A stretch of DNA of 63,878 nucleotides, filler included, from Choristocarpus tenellus KU-1152 (taxonomy: Eukaryota > Protista > Phaeophyceae), in the NCBI GenBank assembly GCA_964200185.2. It is 9 parts of 9 records of this genome, joined end to end, with 100 filler letters (N's around TTAATTAATTAA, not from the genome) between each part and the next. Parts side by side here need not be neighbours in the genome. Positions count along the whole stretch, not along the records: positions 24,437 to 35,284 come from CAXNAD020002672.1; positions 35,385 to 41,322 come from CAXNAD020009366.1; 7 more parts are not named here. One strand, 5' to 3'. How positions within the stretch are numbered: position 1 is the stretch's first letter; each line of letters begins with the position of its first letter. The notes beneath the pieces are model-generated. The model did not search any database and had not been told where the DNA came from. It worked only from the letters and a program-made list of their open reading frames with translations. Made by a program: the position numbers and the translations under genes. Shown in pieces: positions 25,700 to 37,853 of the stretch.

Positions 25700-26460
25700 C
25701 ACCGGTGCTTCATTGCACTACGCTGAAGACAACAACCAGCTGTTCGGCATACTTCTCATCACCTCCCACGGACCTGCCAAAGACCTCCTCCATAGCCTCC
25801 AACAACGTGACGAGACTAACCTCAATGATGACCTCTCCACTTGGCATGCCCTCAAGACCAAGTACAAGGCAGTAATAGAACAACAGATGCGTGCTGTCCA
25901 TAGCCGTTTTGAGCAGTGCACGATGGAACCTGGCAAGGATCCTGATCAGTAGCTTCTCTGACTTCACCTTGCCAAGGCAGAACTGGAAGGCTTCAGGGAA
26001 ACAATCAGCGACTTCCGCCTGTGGGCTGCCCTATTCACAGGTCTATCCACGGACTATGACGTTCTTCACAACCAAGTACGATTCCAGTCGGACTATTCCA
26101 TGGAGGCCCTCATCTCAACCATCTGTGCCAGATACAACAACAATCTCAACCTAGCTGTCCATACTTCAGATGGAACCCCAAACGCCACCCTCACTGCCAA
26201 AGTCCGTTTATGCCACCACCGTCACCAACCTGGCCACCATCCACACCACTGTCCGAATCACCCAGTCGCCACTACTCCACCACCCCTACCTCACACTACC
26301 GCACCGCCCTACGGCATCTGGTGTTCCTATACCACATGACACCAACCCACACTGATCAAGAATGCCGTGCACAGTGCCAACAGCAACACCACCACCCCAA
26401 CCCCTAACTCCTTGCCCTACCTCTCGGGTCTCAACATTCCATGCTTGATGTAGAAAGCAC
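25700..26460 (+). mobile_element. Decayed Ty1/Copia gag
   Basis: NNQLFGILL...WHALKTKY...MEPGKDPDQ (Copia gag-like), a degenerate zinc knuckle CHHRHQPGHHPHHC and WCSYH..TH.DQEC; stops and frameshifts. Confidence 0.65.
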
Positions 26461-26607
26461 AATAAACCCACTCACCCATAGAATCGTGTCGCTGTTGCTC
26501 ACACTCTAAGTACTTGGCTGGCAAATAATACATCAGTATTTTGTTCAATCTGGCAAACCCAACCGCACGTAAAGGTTCATACCAAGAAACACCTTGTGGT
26601 TGGTCAC

Positions 26608-26863
26608 GAGTCAAAGTATCTTAGAGGGTAGAGCCGCGTCCATTTGGGGGCCAAAATCCAACGTTGCAATTTTGATGTAATTTGGCTATTGTGTCTGTTA
26701 AGAAGTGTCAATATCCATGTTCCAGACACATCTTTCATAACATACACAATTTACCTACTCCTAAACATTTTGGAGTAGGAAAATGCCATAAAAGAACCAT
26801 GGGAAGCCAAGCCCCTAATGGATATACAGGGCAAAACTCTTACCTGTTAAGATACTTTCACTC
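26608..26863 (+). mobile_element. MITE family A
   Basis: GAGTCAAAGTATCTTAGAGGGTA...AAGATACTTTCACTC, perfect 4-bp TSD TCAC/TCAC. Confidence 0.9.
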
Positions 26864-27314
26864 TCACTTGACCCCAATTTCTAATGAGACACCCCCACAG
26901 TTAGTGCTCTGAGTACTGATTCTGCCTCGTTTATTGAATCTAGAGAGGAGTTATGTATCCAGAGAACTATTTGATCATGCCCAGCAACCGAAGACTGGTG
27001 GACAGCACTCAGGCTAGTGCTTTCACCTACTTGTTCACACTTAACTTAAGCAATCATGGGGCCACAGATGCTGTGGTCGCATCTTAACTTGATTAAGAAC
27101 GTAAATTTCGGGATAAAATACATTTCCCAAATCCCTTAATGTGTAGTTAGGCTCTTTCTCTCAGTGTCAGGTTATGGAATGTTATAGTCTCCAACACCAT
27201 TCAATCCCTCAAACCTCTTTAACTCTATGTATGATATATCATCATTTTTCGTTTTGAAAAAGGTGCAGGAAAGGCTATGCCAATCTTTATTTTTTTTCTG
27301 GTGTTCAGAGAAAC

Positions 27315-27332
27315 TTAGGGTTAGGGTTAGGG
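27315..27332 (+). repeat. Interstitial telomere-type repeat (TTAGGG)3
   Basis: ttagggttagggttaggg. Confidence 0.6.
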
Positions 27333-27849
27333 TCAAACAGTATTTGACATCCAACCCTTGTATGCCCCTCTTCCATTCTGTTTCTTTGTAAAAATCGATG
27401 TCCTGCTCCTCTACTCAGACAGCGTTTTAACTACTGTTTCTTCAGCGGAACAGCTTGAGTCTTAAGTTGTCGCTTTATTTCAAAGATCCAACCAAGCACT
27501 TAATAATTCCAAAGTTGATATCGGTCTTGATATTATGCACATAGCTGAGGTAAGATGTCAAGATTAGAACTCGTTTAAGGATGGAATGCACCTCACTTTC
27601 AGAAGGACTTAGGAGATTAAGATGGAATAGCAGGAGTAGTATTACATGCATTAAACGACTTTGAAATAATATCTTGGTTCTTAAGATTTCCTCGTATTTT
27701 GGTACTAAACACAACTTCTGTATGGCTATGCAATCTGGATTTCAACTATATCAGCACAAATTGAATAACTGAAAAATACAACACTACGCATTGCACTTTC
27801 GATTACATGTTTGGCATTTATGTGAGCTTTGCCCTGTACTGCCAAGGGA

Positions 27850-28490
27850 TAACCTCCTGATTTATTTTGCAAGTAGTGGAGAATACCTGATACAGCTTAT
27901 TCCTTACAGCTCCAGCAGGTCCGTAGATGTCTTGAGGTTCTCTTCTCAAGGGGACTAAATATTTAGAGAGACCAAAAGGTTGTTCCTCGCTCGTTAGTTC
28001 GTCTTGTACTACTCAACGGTTACCATGATCATGCCTTGTCTGGGGGCCACATAGTTTCCAAACCCATGTTCGATAACGTTGGAGGCTCGTATTGGAGGCC
28101 AAAATTCAATATCGATATTCATACATGGTACCATAATTGTCGGATATAGCAAGCACGTAAGACTGCTCGTAACAAAGCTGTGCTTCCCACTGGTCACATG
28201 CCTGTTGACAGATCATTCCAATAATGCATTGCTATTGATTTGGTGGAGTACAAAACACGTCCCACAACACAAAATGGTGTGATGTGCTCATATCTCTAGC
28301 CTGTCATTAATCACCTCACTTGTTTATTGCTTGTACATTGATAGAACGTCTATTTCAATTTTCGGTCCACCCGAATTGTTAAACCACGATCAAGGTATCG
28401 AATGTGAAAACAGTATTGTTGCAGAGTTGCAGTCTGTCTTTGGTTACTAGAAAACCAAAACCGCATCACCCTCAGGGAAATCCTATGTTT
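27850..28490 (+). mobile_element. Decayed Ty3/Gypsy integrase fragment, same family as 38948-41251
   Basis: VVPRSLVRLVL...HDHALSGGH..F.P.FD aligns at DNA level with 41020-41250; core-domain remnants (DQGIE) follow. Confidence 0.75.
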
Positions 28491-29717
28491 GAGGGATTAG
28501 ACGAAGCAAGGATGATATCAACACAGGTAGGTGAACTTGTCTCCCGAGCAAAAGGAAATACAGGGTGTGATGCAACTTTGCATTGAAACCTATGTTATGG
28601 GCTAACTGCACAAAAGGCAGTAAGGATGCCCAGTTATCCCCAGTAACAGAGATATTAATTCCATGATCGGTCAGAATCGGAATGGTTCTTCATTCTGATA
28701 GTCCATTTTGGCTGTTTGCTTAAATCTGGTTGGTTTATTGGACTGGTCGGTATGGATGAGCTCAAATGACGTGGTTGGCGCGCGCAATTGTATATGATCG
28801 CGCATCTTATGCATAATGTGGGTGTCGGAGATCCCAAAAAAGGAATCTGTCCCTGACAAATATTATCACCGATGACAAATCCATTCATCAACCGATAAAC
28901 GGATCAGGGAATCAACCGAGAAAAAAAATCAGAATCATTCGATCAATAGAAATATTGGTTGGCTTTTTCTCTCACACATTTATATCAATAAAAACAATTT
29001 TTTTCTACTCCTATCATATTATTATAGATATACTAATGTTTGTACTAATGTTTGTCATCTTTACTTCTCACTATATTGTGTATTGTTTTTTTCTACACAA
29101 ATCAATATTGTAGAAGTTGTATAGTAGTAATAATAGTAGTAGGAATGAAGAGGATTAATAGTATATATAATAATATATATATTATTTCCCTCTCACATCT
29201 TCTAGATGTTCCAAGAGAAAAACTAATGAACTATTTATTAGGAATAGTATCATTCAACATGATGTTTGGTTGGTATGGTACGATGCAACAATAATTTGCT
29301 ATTTGATATTTACCAACTAACCGAAATGAAGATAGGGTGTGTCCCAGACCCCTACATTAATAGTCAACGGCATAGTCTCGGCTGCAGAAGAAATAGGTAC
29401 TGTGTGCGAACATAGACCACAAATACGAAGCAGGGAAACAACAAGGAGAAATTGTGGTCACCAAAACAGAGACGAGATACTTTAGGTGAGGTATGCCTGT
29501 GATGACTAGTGTGGGTTGGTATTTTGCTTGAACGGAACGGTTCTGCTGCCGTCACAATCGGTATTCTACCCATTGTGTGCTGTGTGCACGCTGATAAATG
29601 CACGTATTGCCTCCTCCTCTGCACGTTGGTGGTACATCAGGTGGCCACTGATATCACTTAGACGAGATTCCTAAAGTCAAGGCCTCCTTGCGAAATACCT
29701 CGCCACACGGTAGGCAC

Positions 29718-31362
29718 ATGGAGAAGACCTGGTGTGGAAGGCCTCGAAAACGTGTCGCACTTTGTTGCGTGGCGATAATGGTGATAGTTGTCATAGTGAT
29801 AATTGTAGTTATGGAGCTCCTCCGTTCGCCAGATGACATCGATACAGTTGAGAAGAACGACCCTATTGCGTCGGCGACCGAGCTTTCAATTCTCAAGACA
29901 GCTGTATTTGCAGGAGCCAACGTCAACGCTACGATAAGCCTTTTGCAGCTCAACGAGGATGGGAGTCACTTGCTTGCCCTAAATGATTTTTCGGTCGCCT
30001 CGGACTGTGCAGAACTAGAAATTCGACTCTCACAAGCACTCCTGGCAACAGATACCTTGCGCATCCCTCTACCCTCTGGCGCAAGCGGAGATTTCACTCA
30101 ACCAATTAGTGGCGAGGCCGGGGTTGAATTGAATGTAGATTTATACGACCAGGTGAGCTTTAGTAATTACACACACTTAGAAAAGTAGCTTTATGTGCAT
30201 GACATGACTTTGATCTTAGCACGCCTATGGGGACACTCAGAAACAGCCTGTGATTAAGGCGAGGAGGTCAATTCAGTCCTCCAACCCAACCAACCAGGTT
30301 GCTCTATGGTGCGCCCCTTCCGATGGCACCGAGGAGAAATTGACCACGACCGGCCTTTTCACACCTTCCACGGTAGCCGGAAGTATCGTGGCCAAGGAGG
30401 GAACATTTTCTGGGGCAGGGAGCTACACCTCAGAGGGCTTGGTGCAGATCGTGGGGATTGGTAGCATCAAGGATGGTGCTCTTGTGACCACGTACATGCT
30501 AAGGTGTGAGATGTAACCCGCCGCTCTGATCGATCGAGGGATTGAGGCAGTTGGTGTGCTCATGTGCTTTGCTGAGCTACAAATTCGTATTAACTACTCG
30601 AGAGCATTTTCATTTTGCACTTCCGATCCCAGTCATCACCCCAAACTGTTGTTGCTGTGTTCAATCTCTGGGTACCTCATGTCTCCTTGCTGGCACATGT
30701 TTATGACCAAACCTTGCCAAGTCCTTCAATTGTCACAAATTGATGGAACTCATTATCAACTTCATCTTAGTCACTTTTAAGAATTTCCATATCAATAATT
30801 GATTCCCTTATCACCCTCCAGTGTTACGTCTGTTAACCAAAGCAACTTGATATTGCTCTGATGTCAACAATTTCCTCTCAGGAGTGAGCACTACCAAATA
30901 CTGACCCTTGAACCTGTTTTGAATGCTATTGATAGATGAATAATGTAATGTTCGACTTTTGTCAGCAACATGTGTTGAAAACAGTGATGTAATGCACATA
31001 TAGGTCTACCACATTAGCCCAGTATATTATTGATATTTTTATCCATGCACAATTGGTAGCAACATCACCCAAATACTGCAAATTTAATGCTTTGCTTCAG
31101 GTTTCAGGAAGTGGAAGTTTCAAGTGGGCCCGATGTTTTTCTGTACTTAACGACTGACCCAGAAAATATTGTGGATGTTGATGCGGAGGGATCCCTGACA
31201 GTGCTAGTGGATGGTGCTGAGCGGGGGACATTCTCCTTCACAGGCAACTTTACTCAGGCTGTACCCACAGGGTTTGTGTCCCCTGAAAATTTTGTAGCTG
31301 CAGTGGTATGGTGCGATCAGTTTGATGTACTATTTGGCAGTGCAGCACTGGTGAACCCATGA
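29718..31362 (+). CDS. Membrane-anchored protein with two DM13-like domains, 300 aa, 3 exons
   Basis: Exons 29718-30152, 30298-30503 and 31101-31362 (903 nt, GT-AG, in phase). N-terminal TM segment ALCCVAIMVIVVIVIIVV. C-terminal DM13 signature GTFSG...G.VQI...LRF...SSGPDVFLYLT...VVWCDQFDVLFGSAAL. A degenerate first repeat ends YDQVALWC. Confidence 0.85.
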
Positions 31363-31797
31363 GTGAAGTGAAGGGGTGCATTGGGTGGTAATCTTGTCTG
31401 GTCTTGTGGTCGGGGTTTTGTTGCGGCTAGCAGCTTCTCAGCGAAATAGATTATGTTAAGGCAAGACTCTTGAATTTGTATTGATTGTTAGGTGGGTGGG
31501 CTTGTGTTACTTTTTTAGGAAGACTTAATACTAGATTGAGTGACGAGCAGTGTGGCAAAGGCTGCGTTCAGCAGGTGGTAAAGGGTTTCGTGGACCCCCT
31601 ATGCTATTGCTACTGTACCCACTGTGTTGTGGCACTTCAACTTGCATTAAGAGCCTGAAGTTCGTGTCACATTACTAACTGTAGTAAAGTATTTGTATCA
31701 TGATTCGTGTGTTGGTCATTTTACTGGAATGACAGTATATTTCGGAGCCCATAGAATTATTCCCATTATCCTGCAGATGACCAACAATATTATGTGT

Positions 31798-31973
31798 GGC
31801 TAAAAGTATCTGGGGGAAGGTGGCAGCTGTCCATTCGGAGCCCATTTTTCCATGTCGCGATATTTGGGTGAATTTGGTTGCATGCATTGGATGGATATTA
31901 TAAGTGCACTTCTCCTGGTCAGGACCCGAATTGACACCCGGGTCTATTCCCCCCCCCCCGGATGGTTTGAGGC
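31798..31973 (+). mobile_element. MITE family B, diverged copy
   Basis: GGCTAAAAGTATCTGGGGG...GGATGGTTTGAGGC; interior matches family B; flanks TGT/TGT. Confidence 0.75.
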
Positions 31974-32617
31974 TGTACATGGCACTGCGGACGGCATTGC
32001 TACTTTAAATTGTACAATGCTGACACTGTGTTAGGATGTTGCTAACTGTTGTGGACATATGTTGTGTATTTGGACTAGAGGGTTACCATGCATTCAGAAG
32101 TTGTAGTGTTGTATGTTTTCATCTTGACTGTTACAGGGATAATATACGATTGGCTCTTTTGCATAACCCACGTTATTATGCAAAGTATTGCATAATATTC
32201 CTAACATAATGGTGGATACATGATGTATATTTTTGTGTATATTACGGTTGAAGACACCTAGTATCTGCTGTATCTATGTTCTTGTTTTATATTGATTTTC
32301 ACTAGGTTTTTTTCACTATTTTCTTCTTATATAGAACACTAGTGTCTGCATATGTCGGGGTGTGTTGCCTCTTTTGACAATCTTTCTACCACAGATCTGG
32401 GACCTCTCAGAACAATTTGAAAAAGAAATACAGAGTAGTATTTAAATTACTGATAATAATTGCATCCAGTCATCAACAATACTTTTGATCTGCACATCAA
32501 GTGTATCTGGGAAAGACAGGATAAAACACTGAGACACTGAAAGGTCTGTGGATCAGTACAAGCTTTCATTCCCAGCTATGGCTGAGGATATTAGCACAGA
32601 CACCAATAAGTGTTGTT

Positions 32618-32874
32618 GAGTCAAGGTAAGCAAGAGGTATCCAGAGTCACATTTTATGGATGCTAACAAATATGTCAAAATCCGTTTATTTTTGCAAATG
32701 CGTGTAGAATGTTTTCTGAATTGTGTCGAAAAGTTTCTTACAACACAGAAATTAACACTCTCAAGTAGAACTTAGCATTTCATAGACAGAAATATGGACG
32801 AATTGCAAGAGATTGAAAATTGGCTTAAAATGTGTAACAGCCAAAACCTGGGAACCTCTCGTTTACTTTGACTC
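32618..32874 (+). mobile_element. MITE family D
   Basis: GAGTCAAGGTAAGCAAGAGGTATCC...GGAACCTCTCGTTTACTTTGACTC; flanks TGTT/TGTC. Confidence 0.8.
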
Positions 32875-32999
32875 TGTCATAGATGTTGAAGAGACACTGC
32901 TTGTTGCTTCACCCATAAGCAGCATCATGAAATCTAACGTTTGAGTCATCACAATTGGTGGTTTAGGTAAAAGAGCGATTGCAACTGGCAGCAGCAAGC

Positions 33000-33750
33000 T
33001 ATCATTGGTAGTACCTGAGATGATCAGGAGGGAAATGCTTCCCTGTTACCTCCGAATGGATTTGTGAAGTCAAGGATGCCAGCCAAAAAATCTAGCCCTT
33101 GACCAACATATGTGTGGAGAAAGCACCAGTAGATGGTGTCACTCTGCTTCACAATGTTGTTACTACTGTACTTGACGAAAGGCATCTAGCACGGATGCTG
33201 CGACTGACTCCTTCCTGAGGATAAAAAAGAAAAAACTGCCTCCCCCAGCCTCAAATCATCTCAGAGAAGAACATAACATCGATAATTGAAACTCCTACTA
33301 TGAAACATTTACCTGGTAATAGAAGAAACGTTTTGTTGGAGATCAATGGTTTAGGTTGGAGTGCTTTGCATTTGCCGCTTACTATTCTAGATCATGACTC
33401 TTAACCAGTTGCAAGTGGCACCCAATGGACCGAGGAACATCAAGATAATTTTTTCCAGGGAGAATACAATTCATTCCATCGAAAAAGAGGTGCTGGCATT
33501 CCCAGGGAGGCCAATCAAGCTGTATGTGATCGCCTTGAAGAATCTCTGGGCTGGGAGGGGACTACACATCGAGCATCCCTCTGAAGATGCTATCAATGCA
33601 CTCAACGTTAACTCAGATCATAAAAGACGAGGTTTGGCAAAGAGAGATCACAATTGATAGGGGTAGAGCTGGGCCTGTGTCAGCTCGAGATGGATCAATG
33701 TGCAAGCTCAATGGAGTGGAGGGATCAGTATCACCATGTTGGTGCTGATG
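33000..33750 (+). mobile_element. Possible highly decayed non-LTR (CRE-like) reverse-transcriptase remnant
   Basis: Only weak motif echoes (e.g. ENTIHSIEKEVL resembling NAFNSISR) in a stop-riddled, coding-like stretch. Confidence 0.25.
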
Positions 33751-35214
33751 CAAGAATTGCTTTTATACTACCACTGAGTATCAGGATACATGTAACATTT
33801 CCATCTGCTGCTCCTGTGCTACTACTATGCAATATTGTTGTTTCAGTGCACTTGCTGACCTCTGGAGTTTGACATAATCAATCTTGTCTCTCTCTTACCC
33901 CCCTCTTACGGAGTTAGCTTAACTTTCGTTCTATACATTTATGTACCACTGTCATAGATGTCCAAGCATGGGGGAAAATGACATAAACCAAAACGCTGTA
34001 TGCAATAGTGTAAACTCATTTGCAGCAGTACCAGTAGTTGTAGTCTAGTGTTAATACAGAAGTAACATCTTAACCACAACACTAAACAAGTCTTGTTTTA
34101 ACAGTGTGTGTTAAACATCAAATTCTAATGTTACGCCATCATAGCACTGAGGGTGTGTTAACTTGTCAATTATTGACATACCACCGATACAGGAAAAAAT
34201 CGTTTCTGTCTGCCTTGTTGTACAATAGCATTTCATGTTTTGGGTAAAATGAAGGCGATAGTGGGTGGTAGGTTCAAAACGCTGCCTGGACTGTTTTTAC
34301 GACTCCCTTGATTGTGTACCTCACGTTTGTTTGATGCATTGTGCAATGATGCACAAAATTTTGGTAGGCGTTATCATGTACAAAAAGTCGACACACGACA
34401 TGCTTCGACCCGTACACCAGGAAAAAATATGTATGACAAAAAAAAGTAGAGGTACGAAAAATGCGATAATAGTCCTGAAAGATACGTGAAGCAGTACATG
34501 CACGAATACATGAGAAGAAAAACCTGTTAAACAAATCTCAATATGGTAGAAAATAGAAAGGTTCAGTTGGCACTTCTCTCGCGCCAACCCCCATCCACTT
34601 GCAGGAGTCATACAATAAGAAGCATCAGATCAGATGCCATACACCAACCATTAACACATAAATACTAACATTAGTACCAAGAAGGGCATCCGAGGCTAGA
34701 TCCTATTCCCAACCCCGGATCTCACAGATATTAATGGTACTGTGTGTGATTTGGTAGCTGTGTTCACTTTCGCATGGCGAGTCACGGATGCTTCAACCTC
34801 CCTAGCGTGCCAGAAGTCCAAATGAAGCGTTTGACTCCAACCTCCACACACCTGTGACGCCTGCTTGGGTCATCTACAAGTAAACCTCACTTGTCAACAG
34901 AGATCTTGAAACACTCAGGGAAATCCTGGAGGTACTACCACCAGTTTTCCTCTGGTCTTTCCACCTTCCCCTTCGGTCTATCAGTAAACAACTTTCCTAA
35001 GCATCAAGTTCTTGGCCAAGTGAACACTTTCTACATGAACCAGCAAAGAACAGCCTCCATTTCCATATAGTCACTTGCATTCTCTCGTACCCAGCTCTAT
35101 TGCTATGAATATTTTTTTACGGAACCCGACACAGTGCTGAAAGAACTTACTGGACAAAACATTGGCACGGTGCTATTATTGCAGAGATGATGGACTGATT
35201 GAGTTTCGTATCAA

Positions 35215-35284
35215 GAGCCAAAGTATCTTAGAGGGTAGGGCCGCGTCCATTTGGGTGCCAAAATCCAATGTTGTGATTTTGATG
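35215..35284 (+). mobile_element. MITE family A, left end, truncated at contig break
   Basis: GAGCCAAAGTATCTTAGAGGGTAGGGCCGCGTCCATTTGGG... Confidence 0.85.
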
Positions 35285-36495
35285 NNNNNNNNNNNNNNNN
35301 NNNNNNNNNNNNNNNNNNNNNNNNNNNNTTAATTAATTAANNNNNNNNNNNNNNNNNNNNNNNNNNNNNNNNNNNNNNNNNNNNGGGGGGCGGAGTGGGT
35401 GTCTCAACAATATTTTTTTAATCCCTACTGGGTTCTGAAAGAATACTTTTTTTGGCATGGCGAGAGTGGTCAGATATTTTTTTTTACTCTCTGCATTCCC
35501 GGGTTTGATGTTGGTTTTAAGCCGAAATGTTTTCATGAAGTATTTGGGTTTTTTTGTTTTGATTATCATTCGATTTTTGGATCCATGTTACAGACCATGC
35601 AAGGACACACACTCGATGTGGCCTGATATACATTATATATATGTCACATGTCTTCCTTCAGTACGATATCCAACTCTTTACACAAATCTTCCAAACAACT
35701 CCACCAGACCAGCTTGGCATCTGCCTAGTCAAGCGAACTATCCATGACTTTGATGACAAGACTCATTTCATATCTCTGGAACTTGCTGATCCATCCCATT
35801 ATTTAAACTATCATTGTGGAAAATTTGTTTCCAGGTTGACTCTGTTGGGGAGGGGCGAGCCATGGCCTGTCACGTGGTAGTATTGCTAGAGAAGGTGTAG
35901 AAGATTAATTGGAAGGTTCAACTTCAGGGAGAATGGGGACATTGCCTTCAAGAAGCACCTTGGGCTTGGTTACTCTTCCTCTGAGAATAGATTTGAAAAT
36001 GTTTTCTGGATCTGTGGATCAGATATTACCCGTCACTCGCTCACATTTTTTTTTTTTGAGGTATAGGAATTAGAGACTGCCAACCAGTCTGTTGAGGGGT
36101 GGTGATTTAGGGGCAGAGTCATCAACAGCCTTGTAGGCTTCTTTTAAATTGAGACTTCGGACATCTTTTAGTTTTACTGGATCTACAGCATACAGTAGAC
36201 AAGAGGACCTGTTTCCCATCTACATACATCTCAAGCACAGCATGTTCAACCTGCTGTTCCTCCACCTTGCCTGGACTAAGTACTTCTAATGTCTGCATGT
36301 ACTGCTGATAAACACATTTCATGGCACAAAACCCTCTCACCTTTTTCGTCAAATACATCTATCTCTATCTCTCATACGCTAATTCATTTTGATGCAAATG
36401 TATACAAGTCAGGTTGATGGCGCTAGAGCAATCGTATCGGTTCATGTTTTCTCACTAAGGAATAGAGAGGCAAGTGTTCATTTCAGTGTTTCTAA

Positions 36496-36717
36496 GGGTC
36501 AAAGTATCTGGGGGGGGGTGGCAGCGTCCGTTTTTGACCCTGACTCAAAGTATCTGAGGGGGGGTGGCGGCTGTCCATTTTGGGGCCAATTTTTTCATGT
36601 CACGATTTTTGGATGATTTGGTTCCATGCGTTGGATGGATAATGAAAGTACATTTTTCCTGGTTTTGGTCCAAATGGACTCTCTGGTGGAGACCCCCCCA
36701 CCCAGATACTTTGGGTC
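36496..36717 (+). mobile_element. Composite of a 45-bp family-C mini-element (36496-36540) and a family-B MITE (36542-36717)
   Basis: GGGTCAAAGTATCTG(G)nTGGCAGCGTCCGTTTTTGACCC, then T, then GACTCAAAG...TTTGGGTC. The whole block is flanked by CTAA/CTAA. Confidence 0.8.
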
Positions 36718-37727
36718 CTAAGAAATGTGCTAATTAATATGTACCATAATATGTACCACATGAATCACTTTCGAAACCAGAAAATTTTGACTGCCAAATA
36801 TGTGCACCTGAGCTGAGAGCATGAGAAGACTTCACCAGTCTTTGTTGCATGATCTCAGAGGTGGTACATTGATTCGTTGATTGATGGTTCAATTGTAGGC
36901 ACTACCACCTTTTCAATTTGTGGATCTGTGATTAACTTACTGAACTGGGGTCAGCCCAGAGTAGTGGTAATCAAAACTCACTGATTGGATGTATCAAGTG
37001 TCTGTAATTCAATGAAACTCAAGCCGGTTCAGGGGGGGGTTGTAACTAAACAAACCTGTATAGACTTCAATTATGCTGGGCTGTGTTTGATCTGAGGCTA
37101 TGATTCTTCCTTGCCTCAGACTCAACAACACTCAACTGTTTTTTCAATTGGAATATTGTTTGCTTGCCATCAATAGCTGCGGATGTATGCCATAATTGAC
37201 AGGTCACAAAGCTGGGTCATGCTTGATCAGAGGCATTATCCTTGATTCAAATATGTGAATAGATACAGCGTATACCTTCTCTTTGCCCTTGACATCTCTC
37301 TTGATACCTATCTTAGGGAAGAAAAGGAAAAAAAAAATGTCAATGAAACTCAGTTACTGTACCTTGGACTTGTGCTTTGAAGTACTAGAAGTACCTAACA
37401 CTTGTACACTGTACCATGTATGTAACTTTTCAATGATAGGAATAGTTCGAAGTCCACAATACAAGCACTCTTTCATCACTTTGTGAGTCACTACCAACTA
37501 CTCTAGTGGAGGTGATAACAACCTATAGAAGCATGAAATGGTATGTAGCAAACATTCGAACCATTTACCATTTGAAAACATTTCGAGCATGCATAGTGAC
37601 GCTACATGCTAACACCTCAATCAACAACATAATGTGTGCCTATCATGCAAAACTATTATTAAGCTATAAAATAAAAAAAGGAAGATGTTTGCAAGTCCAA
37701 TCCTCTCTGCTGCGCTATCCCTGATTG

Positions 37728-37853
37728 CTACAAGAGCTTTTGTTTCTTCAAAGACTGCAACAGGAGCCATGAGCCAACTCCGCTAAACAACGTAACCCCT
37801 ATCCCCAAGGCCAAGGCCACCAACCCTATCTCTTCACCGGGATCAAGATATGC
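37728..37853 (-). CDS. Orphan terminal exon of a membrane protein (upstream exons not identified)
   Basis: Polypyrimidine acceptor ctttccccccttcttgaacag|GCA, then AYLDPGEEIGLVALALGIGVTLFSGVGSWLLLQSLKKQKLL*: one TM helix and a basic tail. Confidence 0.55.
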   Translation of the reverse strand, partial: AYLDPGEEIGLVALALGIGVTLFSGVGSWLLLQSLKKQKLL

